A stretch of DNA of 64,000 bases, from NCBI GenBank assembly GCA_043228905.1, contig JBHGNT010000009.1, positions 2,728,001 through 2,792,000 of the forward strand, given 5' to 3'. Origin of the DNA: Azolla caroliniana (lineage: Eukaryota > Plantae > Polypodiophyta). A program made the translations under genes and the position numbers. The notes beneath the pieces were generated by a model. The model had not been told where the DNA came from. It worked only from the letters and a program-made list of their open reading frames with translations, and did not search any database. The stretch's first letter is position 1. The number at the start of each line of letters is the position of its first letter. Shown in pieces: positions 1-11,800 of the stretch.

Positions 1-324
1 GAGGGGGAGAATTGTGGGGTTTTTCCAGCTGGTCTCAAGAGTGGCACGATGTATTTGTTGCGAGAGTGTCAATTCCCAGCCGTGGAACAAGGAGGTCCCA
101 GGCTTCTCGGGTTCAGAAGAGACTGGGTCAATCAATCTGGTCCTTTTGTGAGGATATACAAATGTATGTATGTATGTATGTATGTATACGAAGGAGTCAA
201 GTCGAGTCGAGTCAAATGGGGTCAAACCAAGTCAAACCAAATCTGGTCAAGTCAAGTCAAGCAAGACGTGTGCTTCTTGGGAGGGCGTCTTTTCAACTCT
301 CTTTCTTCACCTAAACATATGGCA

Positions 325-366
<42 letters not shown>

Positions 367-762
367 CTGTCTGTCGCTCTCAGGGGAGTCAGGACACACG
401 CTTTCAAAACTGAAACTTCCAATCTAGAAGAACCCCTGCTCTGCTCTCTCTTTCTCTATCTCTCTGCTCCATCACAAGAAGCTATTAGCTGTTAGCTCTG
501 CAGACTCAGTACAGATATCTCCATATCCGGAAAAGCAAGTGCCGCAACAGATCAAACCTTAGACCAGGTAAAACGAGAGAGAGAGAGAGAGAGAGCCTTG
601 GCGCATAAGGCAAATCACTTTTACAAATAAGGGTGAATTCTTGCTATACACACTGAAACAATAACAATCTCTGTTAATACTGATCCTGAGAGAGAGGGAG
701 TACCAAACAGATTGGCGGCAGCAGAGACACGACTGAATCTGCTGATTCCCTCTCTTAATTAT

Positions 763-800
<38 letters not shown>

Positions 801-1449
801 ACAAACAAGTCATCTGAAGACTCAGATTTTCTTTTCTGCCTCTTAATATAGAGAGGGAAAGGGAAAGTGCAAACACCAGCTGCAGAAAAAAGAGGCTGCA
901 TTTTGCTGCTTCTATCTATTAATTTAGAGAGAGAAAATGAAAAACGAAATGATGCATTGATTTCTTCGAGAGTCCAAATGGCGATGGAGGATAAAGAAAT
1001 TGCATCCTGGTGAAATGTGATCATTTCTGATAACAAGGACAAACAAAACTCTGCCTGCAGAAAATAGAACAGAAATGGAGTGGATACTGCATTGAGCACT
1101 GGCAGTTGAATAGGATTAGAGTCTGTAGTATTGCTAATATAAAGATGAGGGGAACTCATCTCATGAGAGCCTGCATGGATCTCTAGAATGAGATACATAT
1201 GACTAGTTCAGTGTGCTCGGTGGCACACAATAGTGCAATTTCCATTTATAGTGTTGAAAGCTATGCTTTCAAGGTTCCACAGAATGATCAAGTGGCACAA
1301 CTGTTGAGGTCTCCTGAGAGGGATGCTGTGGAGGTGCCGCTGGGCTTGACCAAGAGTTTCATGGCTGTTCCTTCTGAAGAAATCGGTGATCTGTCATTAC
1401 TTCCATATTAGGGGGTTCACCTCTCACAGTAAGAATCTCTGCAGATAAA

Positions 1450-2250
1450 GAGTTCCAAGCATCTGTAATCATATTAATTCATGAAACAATGAGAAGGCCC
1501 AAAAACCTAGATCTAAAAAGACATTGAAAGAGTATGCCTCTAATCTTCCAGAATGAATCTCTAGCTAATGTTTGGAAGTATCTATCTGGCCATTGACATG
1601 TTTTGAACCCATAGGATAGATGAGTATCCATGTTGCTATGTTGTAATATAAAGTCATCCTCCCTAGTCAGTAGGAGATACCCATCCTCCTCGCAACACTT
1701 TTCTCCTAATATCTAACTAAGCCAGATATTTTCTTATGAACTTGATGATCTCCAACTGTGCCAGTCTAAGAATTGGTGCATCTTATGAGTGCTAAAAATA
1801 TGTGGAGCTGGTCTTTATTGAACCCATGCAGCTGAATTCATCTGTGCATATATAACCATGAATTATCCCTGCCCATGCAAGCTTGTGAATACTCATGGGC
1901 CAACTATGTGTACGGTGTGGAGGATGCTCCCCATTACTAGAGATGAAGGATACTGATCTAACTAAGGCCTCACCTACAATCAGTGGTGCTGTGATCTCAT
2001 GTGGCATGGTGGATTTAGCTGAAATCATTGTTGGAATCAAGGATAGATTTGGCCTCCCCATTGATCTCTAACCATCATAGGTATGCCCAGATCCATTGTG
2101 GTAATCTAACCTAGGACCCAGATCTGAACTCCATGTAACATTGTAGAGGTAGTAAAAGTATCAAAGAGCCACAATGTAGTGAGTGGCTCATACAACTGAG
2201 CATAGAAGCACATCCTTAGCCCAAAGGTGCATTTCCGCTGGTTTTGTCCT
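1450..2250 (-). mobile_element. Degenerate RTE-clade LINE fragment in the RIN4 5' intron region
   Basis: Minus-strand translation gives TLWLFDTFTTSTMLHGVQIW and MISAKSTMPHEITAPLIVGEALVRSVSFI, resembling the post-RT region of RTE LINEs (LFDxLVxPxLLYGxEIW). Frameshifted; boundaries approximate. Confidence 0.55.
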
Positions 2251-2809
2251 CCTCCTGGTTACTGAATGTTAAGAAAATAACCTCAAGAAAGAAGCTGATG
2301 TTGATGGTACTTCTTTGGTTTTTGCTATGTTCTATGATTCTCTAGGTGCGTTGTGCGGAGCGCTGACCTAACGCTCAAAATGTACTTGTACATGTGTTAA
2401 GACATAAATTTATAACTGATATAGAGATATACTTGTACATGGATATCTCAACATCTACTGGAGACTGAAATCAGCCTATAAGACAAATTATGACTACAAA
2501 CATGTGATTTCATTTTATCTATACTAAAATAAATAAGGCTCTTTTCCGAAGGACATAATGGATGAAATTGCATTACAAATGGTAATGTTTCTTAAAATGC
2601 TTCTACAAGCATGAAATGCAAAACTAGTGTGTATGATATTAATGGTGGACAGCGCCAGTGATGACAATATAGCAGCGTCCAGGGGTGTTGGAACCAATAA
2701 TCATCAGAGAGTGAGAAATTTCAAAGAAATAACGTTCTTATCATGCAGGCACATGGTGGTTTCCTCAACTTAGAGAGTCTCTTGTGGAATTTTCTTACCC
2801 TTCTTTCCT

Positions 2810-4904
2810 ATGGCAGTAAGTTTCTTGCTTTTAACTATCATAGCTTCAACCTAGATGTGCTATACTTTAAAAGTTCACAATATGCGTCATATTCAATGAT
2901 GAAACACCTCTTTGTTTCTTACATATGCAAACATTACTCTTATATGATCCGTGCATTTGAGCTGTTTGCACTTTCAAAACCAGGATTCCTGAAAGTATGT
3001 TTCATATTCCTGACAGCATCACCCTCCTACACGTGTTCCACAATTCGGGAATTGGGATGAAAACAATGACATTCCTTTCACTATGGTTTTTGATAATGCA
3101 CGTGCTGGAAGAGGCACTTCCAAGATGGTGAATCCCAATGACACATTAGAAAATCATACCTCTTTTGTAAAGGATACACGACAACAATCTGAAGAGGGAG
3201 ATATTCCAATCAAGAATCCAAAAATCAATCGAGAACAAATGCTTGCTGAGCGACAACAATCTCATGAACCATATGTAGGCCGTGTGGCACATCGGCAGTC
3301 TGGAGCTGGATCAAGAACAGGTGCTGAGTCTCCGAATCAGCAGGTGTATCAAGGTCGGCTTGGAAATAGAATAGGTTCCCCTCACCGGGAAAGAAAAACT
3401 CCTGTTGAAAATGGAAGTGCGGTCGCACCTGGCACTCCTGGGAGATCTCGTTTCCGTGCAGGTTCAGAGACAGTAAGTGTTTTGGTTTGTTCTATGTTCG
3501 TATGTGAATGAATCAGAAAATCACCTATAGAATACAGTAAGAGTTTTGGTTAGTGTATAGCATATTGATGTTCTAGCGGTGGAATATCACTGAATGAACT
3601 TGTTAAATTGAAATCTGTCATAATCCCCCTATGATTCCAGTCGCACATCGTATGCTAGATGTTCCTGAGTATCAAACATTTTAAGTTCTATGTTTCTTGC
3701 ATAATGAACTTGCAACTATGGGGTGTGGGGTCTTCAAAACTAAATCCCTGTAGACGATTTATCATAAATGAAACAGAGTGCAGCATAATGGAAGTTTGAA
3801 GGAGTAGCACAAATTTGTCTCCACAGAGAACGAAAGTTAATGATTTTGCAGCTGCAACAATTTCGTGGGCTATAGATGCAGTATATAAATAGCATTGTCT
3901 GATGCATCATTAGTTTTTTTTTACCGCAATATGGCCTTAGTCATGTTCTTGGTGGTTTCAATGAATACTTGGCCTTTTTTTCTCTGAAAGTTCATTTCCA
4001 TCTGTGCCCACTCTTGCGGTTGGTTACCCATGGTTGACCAGCCTGTCTTGTATATCTCTTATCACTAACTATACTTTCTTGAGAGGGGGCGAAATGATGA
4101 TTAGATACTATTCCTGTTAGGGTTCCTTTATTTTGATTATTATTTAGACCATGGTAATTAATAATGACTAGTATTTTGCTCAAGCTATAAACTTCATGAA
4201 GATTGAAAATGAGTTTAAGAGTGGATGTGCAGCATTCATTAACTGTCTTCTAAATATTCCTATTTTTGTTTTGGAATGTATTTCTGTGCATAGCCGGATA
4301 GGAGCACAGCACTTCCACAATTTGGTGCTTGGGAGACTGACCCATCTGCAGGCGATGGTTTCACTACTATCTTTAATCAAGCACTCAATGAAAAGAAAAC
4401 TGGCGGACCCCTCCGGATACCCCCTTCACATTCAGATATTCCTAACAAGCATTACAGCTATGCTTCAAAACATTCTGGAGAAGGTCAAAAGAAGCTCTCT
4501 GTAAGTACATAATGTATTGGGGAAAACTCCCAAGTATCCCTGTGTATTTCTTTATTTCTGTAAATGGCCCTAAGTTTCGTTATTTCCCCAATGCCTATAC
4601 CCTAAAAGAGGAATTATATGTGCTGTTTTGAGCAATTGATTATGTGGTCAATAATCCATCCCCCGTTACAAAATGATGTGTTATTTGAGCAATAATATTG
4701 TCAATTCATCCCCTTCCCTCTCTTTTCAAAGTTTGACCAAGGGTATGTCTGGAAATAATGAAAACTCAGGGGTATTTATGAGTGTTTCCTCTATAGTTGC
4801 GCATCTACTAGCTACACTGTGTATAACTCTCTTATGCTGCAATTTGAAAGTGATTGTTGATGTTTTTTATTGTACAGAATGGCCAATGCTGTTGCATCTG
4901 TTAA
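2810..4904 (+). CDS. RIN4: RPM1-interacting protein 4 (RIN4)/NOI-domain protein, about 231 aa; coding exons 2810-2815, 3017-3472, 4294-4500, 4878-4904
   Basis: Hand-spliced at GT-AG sites into 696 nt in frame: MA|HHPPTRVPQFGNWDENNDIPFTMVFDNARAG...GRSRFRAGSET|PDRSTALPQFGAWETDPSAGDGFTTIFNQALNEKK...KKLS|NGQCCCIC*. It has two NOI domains with [VL]PxFGxW AvrRpt2-type cleavage motifs and a C-terminal Cys cluster, the established RIN4 architecture. A probable 5'UTR donor lies at 567/568 (AG|GTAAAA). Confidence 0.92.
4519..4790. mobile_element. Short TIR (Mutator-like MITE) remnant in the last RIN4 intron
   Basis: Left end GGGGAAAACTCCCAAGTATCCCTG..TTTCGTTATTTCC is an imperfect inverted match to right end GGAAATAATGAAA..CAGGGGTATTTATGAGTGTTTCC. 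Confidence 0.5.
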
Positions 4905-5065
4905 ATGAGAATGATGTATATGACATGCTGCACCTCAGTGGTAGAATGCGCTTTCCTTGGTGTGCTGTTTTGCATTTGATTTAGACAGCATCATAAAATT
5001 TGTATGTGCAAGATGCTTGATTTTGAAGGCAATTTGCACCCTTGATGGCTAGCTTCTCAGCATTC

Positions 5066-5110
<45 letters not shown>

Positions 5111-5813
5111 GTGTGTATGTATATTTGTTTTTTTATTTCACCTTCATGGTTTTTATTAGGTTTTCTTTTCACTCATATTTTGTATTCTACCCTATGGTCA
5201 TTTCATGAAGAAACTTCAACTTTATCCATGGATACGTTTCTCTGATGTATTTTTTAGTTTTGACATGGAAAACTGGTAGTATAGCGTGTATTCTAATACT
5301 TTCAAACATTCTGGTGACTGTGCAAACCCCTCTCTGTCCACATAGATATGGAATCTACAGCTTGTGCGTAATGTATATGTATTCATACGTTCATATGTCC
5401 TTCCAAAGACAGCTACAGCTTTAACATTCATATGACTACATTCCTTCAACCAAGACAGCTACAGCTTTAACATTCATATGACTACATTCCTTCAAAACAT
5501 CCTTTAAACCTACATTGGACTTGCAAGCCTTGCCATTGGTATCTCTCACCGTAATACCACTTCATGTAATGCAACAGTCTTCAGGTAGCTGTTACTTTTT
5601 TAGTTTCTCATAGATGCATATTTAGTTTACATTATGATCTCCCATAGACCATCCATATTATTGTATCTTGAATAGTGTCTTTAGACAGAACATGGAAAAC
5701 AATGGTTTTTTACCCCACATTAATCAGTAGTATCCCATATTATTGTGCTTGAATAGTAGCTTTTGACAACATCGAAAAAAATGGTTTTTTACCCCACGGT
5801 AATCAATAAAGTC

Positions 5814-8800
5814 CTACCTGTATTCATCTCCACAATCACCAGGAAGAGTTTTACCTTTTTGAACAATTGTATGTATCAAAGAAATATCAGAGGCATCTAA
5901 TCCTGGGAATGAAAAAACACGGAGATTGTCTATGATATGCTCAGATATACTCAAACGGGCTCCCACTATAACACTTCCAACAGCTGGCTTGTCTACGATA
6001 TACCTCACTGCAACATTACTTACACTGACATTGTATTTCTCACTGATATCCTTCAGAGTCAACAGCAACTCCTTCATAAATTCAACAAGCAGATTGTTAA
6101 AGTAAGACATGGTGTTATGCAATCTCTGTTATTTGCAAACATAGTAATGAAATCAACCTTACAATCCTATCATAAAAGAGATACAGAGATAGATATATTA
6201 TTAACATTCGGAGAAGACCAAACACAATCTATGGGAAGGGGTCAAGCCAGTGGCAACGATCAAACTTGGATTTTCTCAAATTTGTGAGATTGATTCTATT
6301 GCATAAATCACCATGTCAACAGCCAGAAAAGAACTAGTAGAGAGAAGATAGCAATAAGCTGTATATAGATTGAATAGGACAAATGTGGACGATTCAAATA
6401 GGAGTACACAGCTTAATGATGAATATAAGAACTTGTCTCTTAGAAGTTTTTAACACTGTTCAGGCTAGGATTTCAAAAATAAAATGTTGCTTGTTAAGAA
6501 GGGCAAATTACAACGCTAACAATAAACATGGAAAAGAAGTTAAACAAGTTGCAAACCACGTTAAAAACAGTTATACCTGAAATAGGCTCCAGCTACCCCA
6601 TTGATCTATTGAGTGCTTGTATTTTGCAAGAGAACTTGTGTTAAGGTCCGCACGCTTTGGTTCTGGCTTGCCAATGAATTTTTCTGACAGCAAACCACCA
6701 AGAAGTGTCCTGCACAATTTTATGTGAGGTATCTTGGGTGACCTTCATAAAGCATGGCGACAATAGCCATGGTTATCTCTATTCAGACCTTAATATACTT
6801 CTATGAACTCAAGTGTGAATAGCTATAGCAATATCTCATAAACTTAGGGAAAAGAGAAGAAGGCATTATTAGGTCTCACAAGCTATTATGATCTGTCACA
6901 GACGTCTCTTTCTTTCCTTGGCCATATATCTTAGGTTACATTATTCAAACCTCTAATTTCAGATCATCTTTTAGATCAACTTACCCATATGCAATGATCT
7001 TGACATTATTTTCCAGACACCATGGTACCATTTTCTTCTCAGGTCTGGTATCAATGATAGAGTATGCAACCTGCCACAAACGATACAATATTATTCCATC
7101 AATATAAATACTGACCAAAGATCGGTGCAAAAATTAAACAAAATGGTTTTTGCCTTCGGTTTTCCTCAATAGGAAGATTCTATTGAATATTTAAATGAAT
7201 TTTCATTAAAAAAACAATGGATATAAAACAACACCAAGCTAAGAACTCCAAAGGAATGCACCCATCCATTGGAAAATAAAAAAGAAAGAAGAAATTTTGA
7301 ATGTCTACAACAGGAAAAATTTGCCTATGAACCAAAACTCTCATACAATGCAAGCTATTTAAGGACTAATACTACACAGAAAAACCATGCACATCATATT
7401 GATAGTTTACATTGAGACCTAATTATCGTATCTCCTGTCATCTAAAGTTCTAATCTAATCAGATCATCCATCGCTATATAACCCATCAATTTCTTCATTG
7501 CACTCGACAATCATAATATAAATCATGGTTCCATTTCATTGTATAAATATTACTATTATCGTTGTGCCCTACCACCTATGAATAAGTCATGTCGCAATAT
7601 GGTTATCTCTCAGCAATCAGTTAATCACTCCAGATTTCAAACAGAGGATATGAGAAGAATATTTTATAATCCTTCTGTAAACGCGAACAAAAGAAAAAGC
7701 AAGATAAAGAAAATAATATAAATGCATGGGTGGCTAAAAACCGTTAGGTTACCTGATTAGACACAATGGGGCAACCTGAGATCAAAATTTTATTCATGTG
7801 AAAAGTGTCAAAATTTGTAAGTGCTATTTCTTTTATTTTTCCCTCTTCTTTAATCTGTGTCAAAGCCCTTGTTGCATCAAGATATCTTTCATCTCCATAA
7901 TCCCACCTGCACATAAATAAAATGAATTCAGATCTAAATTACATGCCTGGTGCAATTTGTACCTTCATTAGTTGTCTATTTGTTTGTAAATGAGAGTGTC
8001 TAACCTACAGAGTTGGATTGAAACACTCACAATGTTTATGGGATCAGGCTATATGTTAAAAATCAACGAGAAATGTTTGAAAGTAAATATTCTTTTCACA
8101 AACCCAAAAATAAAAGAAAAAAAAACTATTGACGGAACACTGGCATAAAAAACAGAGCATATATAACCAGTCTTGGTATATCATCCTTGTAAAAGCCAAT
8201 CATAAGAAGGGCCCATTCAATCTGTCCTTACCAATGAAATTGTACCATGTCTAGAGCAGAAACACCCATCTTTTGTCGGGACCGATTAATGCCTTCCTCT
8301 ACTATAGCCTTTGTCATCATACCTATTTGAAACTCAATAAATTTATGTTCCCTTGTTTGAACTTACAATTGTCATACTATCCATAGATTCCTCATTTTTT
8401 AGAGAAAGAAAACACATACATTACCTAGCCGAGGAACAAATTTTGTTAGTCCAAGTGTGGGATTCACATGATCTTCATTCTTGTACTCCTTCAAAAACAT
8501 ACCATAAATTGCTTCTGCTGGTCCATCTAGAAAAAAGAAATTTGCTTTCAAAATAGAACTTCTATTGTCTATAACTGCCTCCCCACAGTCAGTGGTTAAA
8601 TACAACCAGTTCTTTATGAGGCCATGCATTCCATGCAAGACAGATTATGCCAAGAATACTTCAAAATATGTAGATTCAGACCTTAACACAGAATATGCAA
8701 ACACGTAAAGGAAGTTGCACTTAAATGCCAACTTCATATCATATTGAAGGCAACTTCATGATCAAAACAGCACAAAATATGGACCATTAAATCAGAATAG

Positions 8801-11800
8801 TAGCTTGTAAAGTTTCCCCCTAGAATAGAATGCATCAACTAAGGGTAGCATTTTACATCTTACAATCAACTAATGCAAACGTGAAACAATTGGAGACTGT
8901 GAGTTGGAATAGTGTTGTCCACCCTTGTTATTTACATCCACTTCTTCCAATTGTGTGGTCTTGTAAGCATCTCAATTAATATTTTGCAATGCACAATCTT
9001 GGCAAATTGAAGTTAATAGGAAAGGCAGCCTTTGGTACTACAATTTGTTGCACTTTTCAAGGTAAATAAACGTGTATCTTGTACCTCCTAGCATAGAATG
9101 CATCAACAAAGGGTAAAACTTACATCTTACAATCAACTAAGGCAACTGTGAAATTATTGGAGACTGGTTTGAGCAGTGTTGTACACCCCTGTTATTTACA
9201 TCCACTTCTTCCAACTGTGTGATCTTGTAACCATCTCAATTAATATTTTGCAGTGCAGAATCTTGGCAAACGGAATTTAGTAGGAGAGGCAGCCTTTGGT
9301 ACTATAATTTGTGGCAGTTTTCAAGATAAATGAATGTAAAATGGCTTCCATTTGGCCATGCTCATACATGAAGTTATATAATAGGCATCTAGTCTCAGAT
9401 TATATCACAAAGATCAATGTTCAGTTAATGCTTAAAATATATGAAACTTACAAATATCTGCCATGTCGAAGGCATAAAATCCAGCATCTGCATATCTTTT
9501 CATTTCTTGTATTGCCTTCTCAACTTTAATCTTTCCATGACCCCCTGCAACCTGCCAGAGTCCTATGTTCATAGCAAGGGATGGTAAAGTTAGCATGAAA
9601 CTTAAGTATGCATGTTGTAACATTCTTTGAAATTTGTAACATACTGATCTGAGGAGAAATTGAGTTAAAAACAATTAGCTATAAATAAAATTCTCTAATG
9701 GAAACCAGTAACCAAAAGAGATTTACCTGTCAAAATTTCAAAAGGATAATAAATACAACATATCTAATCTTCCTTCTATTATATATGGATTGTTAATATT
9801 TTCTAGTACACATAGGCAGAAATTTTATATGGTAAATCTGTAACAAAAGAACAGGTCCAACTATAAAGACAAAACTTTAAACATCAAATTAGCCTTGAAA
9901 AGTATTACAGGTACTCTTCCTTCCTTTATGTGTGGATTCTAATATATTGACTGCAATAGTATACAGTAAATCTATATTTAAAACTAGCCCCCAAAAATAA
10001 ACAAAACTGTAGCGAGAAAATTAATCCTAAAATACAACATATCTCATCTTTCTTATTGCTATATATATCGTATGATACAAAGAGCAATATGGCATCTCTC
10101 GTATTTCTTCTTGTATATGTGGATGACAATGTATGTATGGTATGATACATATAGCAATACAAACATATCTCATCTTTCTTGTTTTATTCGTCAATTGTAA
10201 TATATATATGATATACATAGTATCTTGTATGGCACTCTGACTATAGCAGTAAACTATTGTCACATCCAACAATATTCACAAATCACAAACCAAACCTCCA
10301 TGCCTTCTTTCACTGTTTCTGCATTCTGCTTCGGTGGTTAATGATACAACACTTGACTTTAACCTTGGTTGTTTGGTCTTTTAGGTCATTTTGGCCTCTT
10401 ACAAGATGTTAATATATCTTTCTTTCATTCTTTTTTTGTAAGTACATTGTGGCAATGAAGTACATTCAAAACGAGTGATGGCATTGCTTGTCAAGGACCT
10501 TCTCTTGTCTAAATCTCTAATAGAATCTGAATCCAAATATTCAACAACACTTCTAACAGTGTCTATGTGTTTCCCATCAACCAAGCCAAAATCAGCAGTA
10601 CTCTTCAAATATCATTAATTCCAGTATCAAAACTTTTTCACGCTCACCAAATACTGCTCAGAAGCCAAAACACCGAAGTACCATTCTCTCTACTATACCA
10701 CTCTCTCCTTCTCTCACTAGAAACTAGAAAGAAAGAAAGATAGATAGATAGATATATTAATGTCTTTTAAGAGGCCAAAATGGCCTATAAGACCAAACAA
10801 GAGATTACATCTTAAGTGGCATCTCATCTTTGAGAACAAATCAAAATAAAATAAATATAAAAAGTAAATAAGATAAAAAGAGGCTAAAGAATCTGGTTTT
10901 CGGCTCATGTAAGATTCTCAAGCTAGATATATTATAACTTTTTTCTTTGAACGATCTCTACCATAGGTCAATCCAGGATGGAGAGGTCTCCGAAGTGAGG
11001 GAAGCACCTGCAATGGCAGGAGATAATGGGCCTTTATCTGTAGATGACAAGGGTGGTGAGGTCGTGATCCATGGAGCTGGGGAAACTTTAATTCATGGAT
11101 ATTTGCTTTCCTGGAAATGGATTAGAGTTATGGCTACCTACAGCCAGTGGAAGAGACCTTTCCTACAATCATTTGGTCACTAACATGACCTTGAATTAAA
11201 GCCAAAAAACTTTGGTTGCCAATTAACTTCTTTCATTGCTTCTTTGTCTGTTAAATCTTCCCTCCAATGGTAAGAAATATATCTATATGCATACTGACAT
11301 CAATATGTTTGTTCCCATTGGGGTACATTTGATTTTTGTTCAAATATATGGCACTCTGACTGTTGCAATAAATTATTTGACTTATTCGACAAAAATAGCA
11401 ACTTACCAACCAAACCTCAAAACCACATAGCTTCTTTCTTTGCTTCTGTGGTTGTGAAGTTTTCTCTCCAATGGTTTGAAATATCTCAGTATGTAATCTA
11501 CTTACCATATATAGCTCATTTCAATTTGGAGCTCAAGCTGCTGAATATCAAAACAATTTTCTTGCATGGGGAACTTGAAGAAAGAATTTACATGAAGCCA
11601 CTTGAAGGGTTGAAGTTCAGGGTAAAGAAACATTTCTTACTTAAAAATATTTGTACAGCCAGAAAAAACCTCTAAGACAGCATGGTACAAGCAATTTGAT
11701 ACTTTATGCTTGGGAATGGCTATGAGGAATGAGTATGATATTTCTGTATATTACAAGAAGCCCGTGGTTTATTTGCTCCTGTATGTTTTCATGCTAATTT

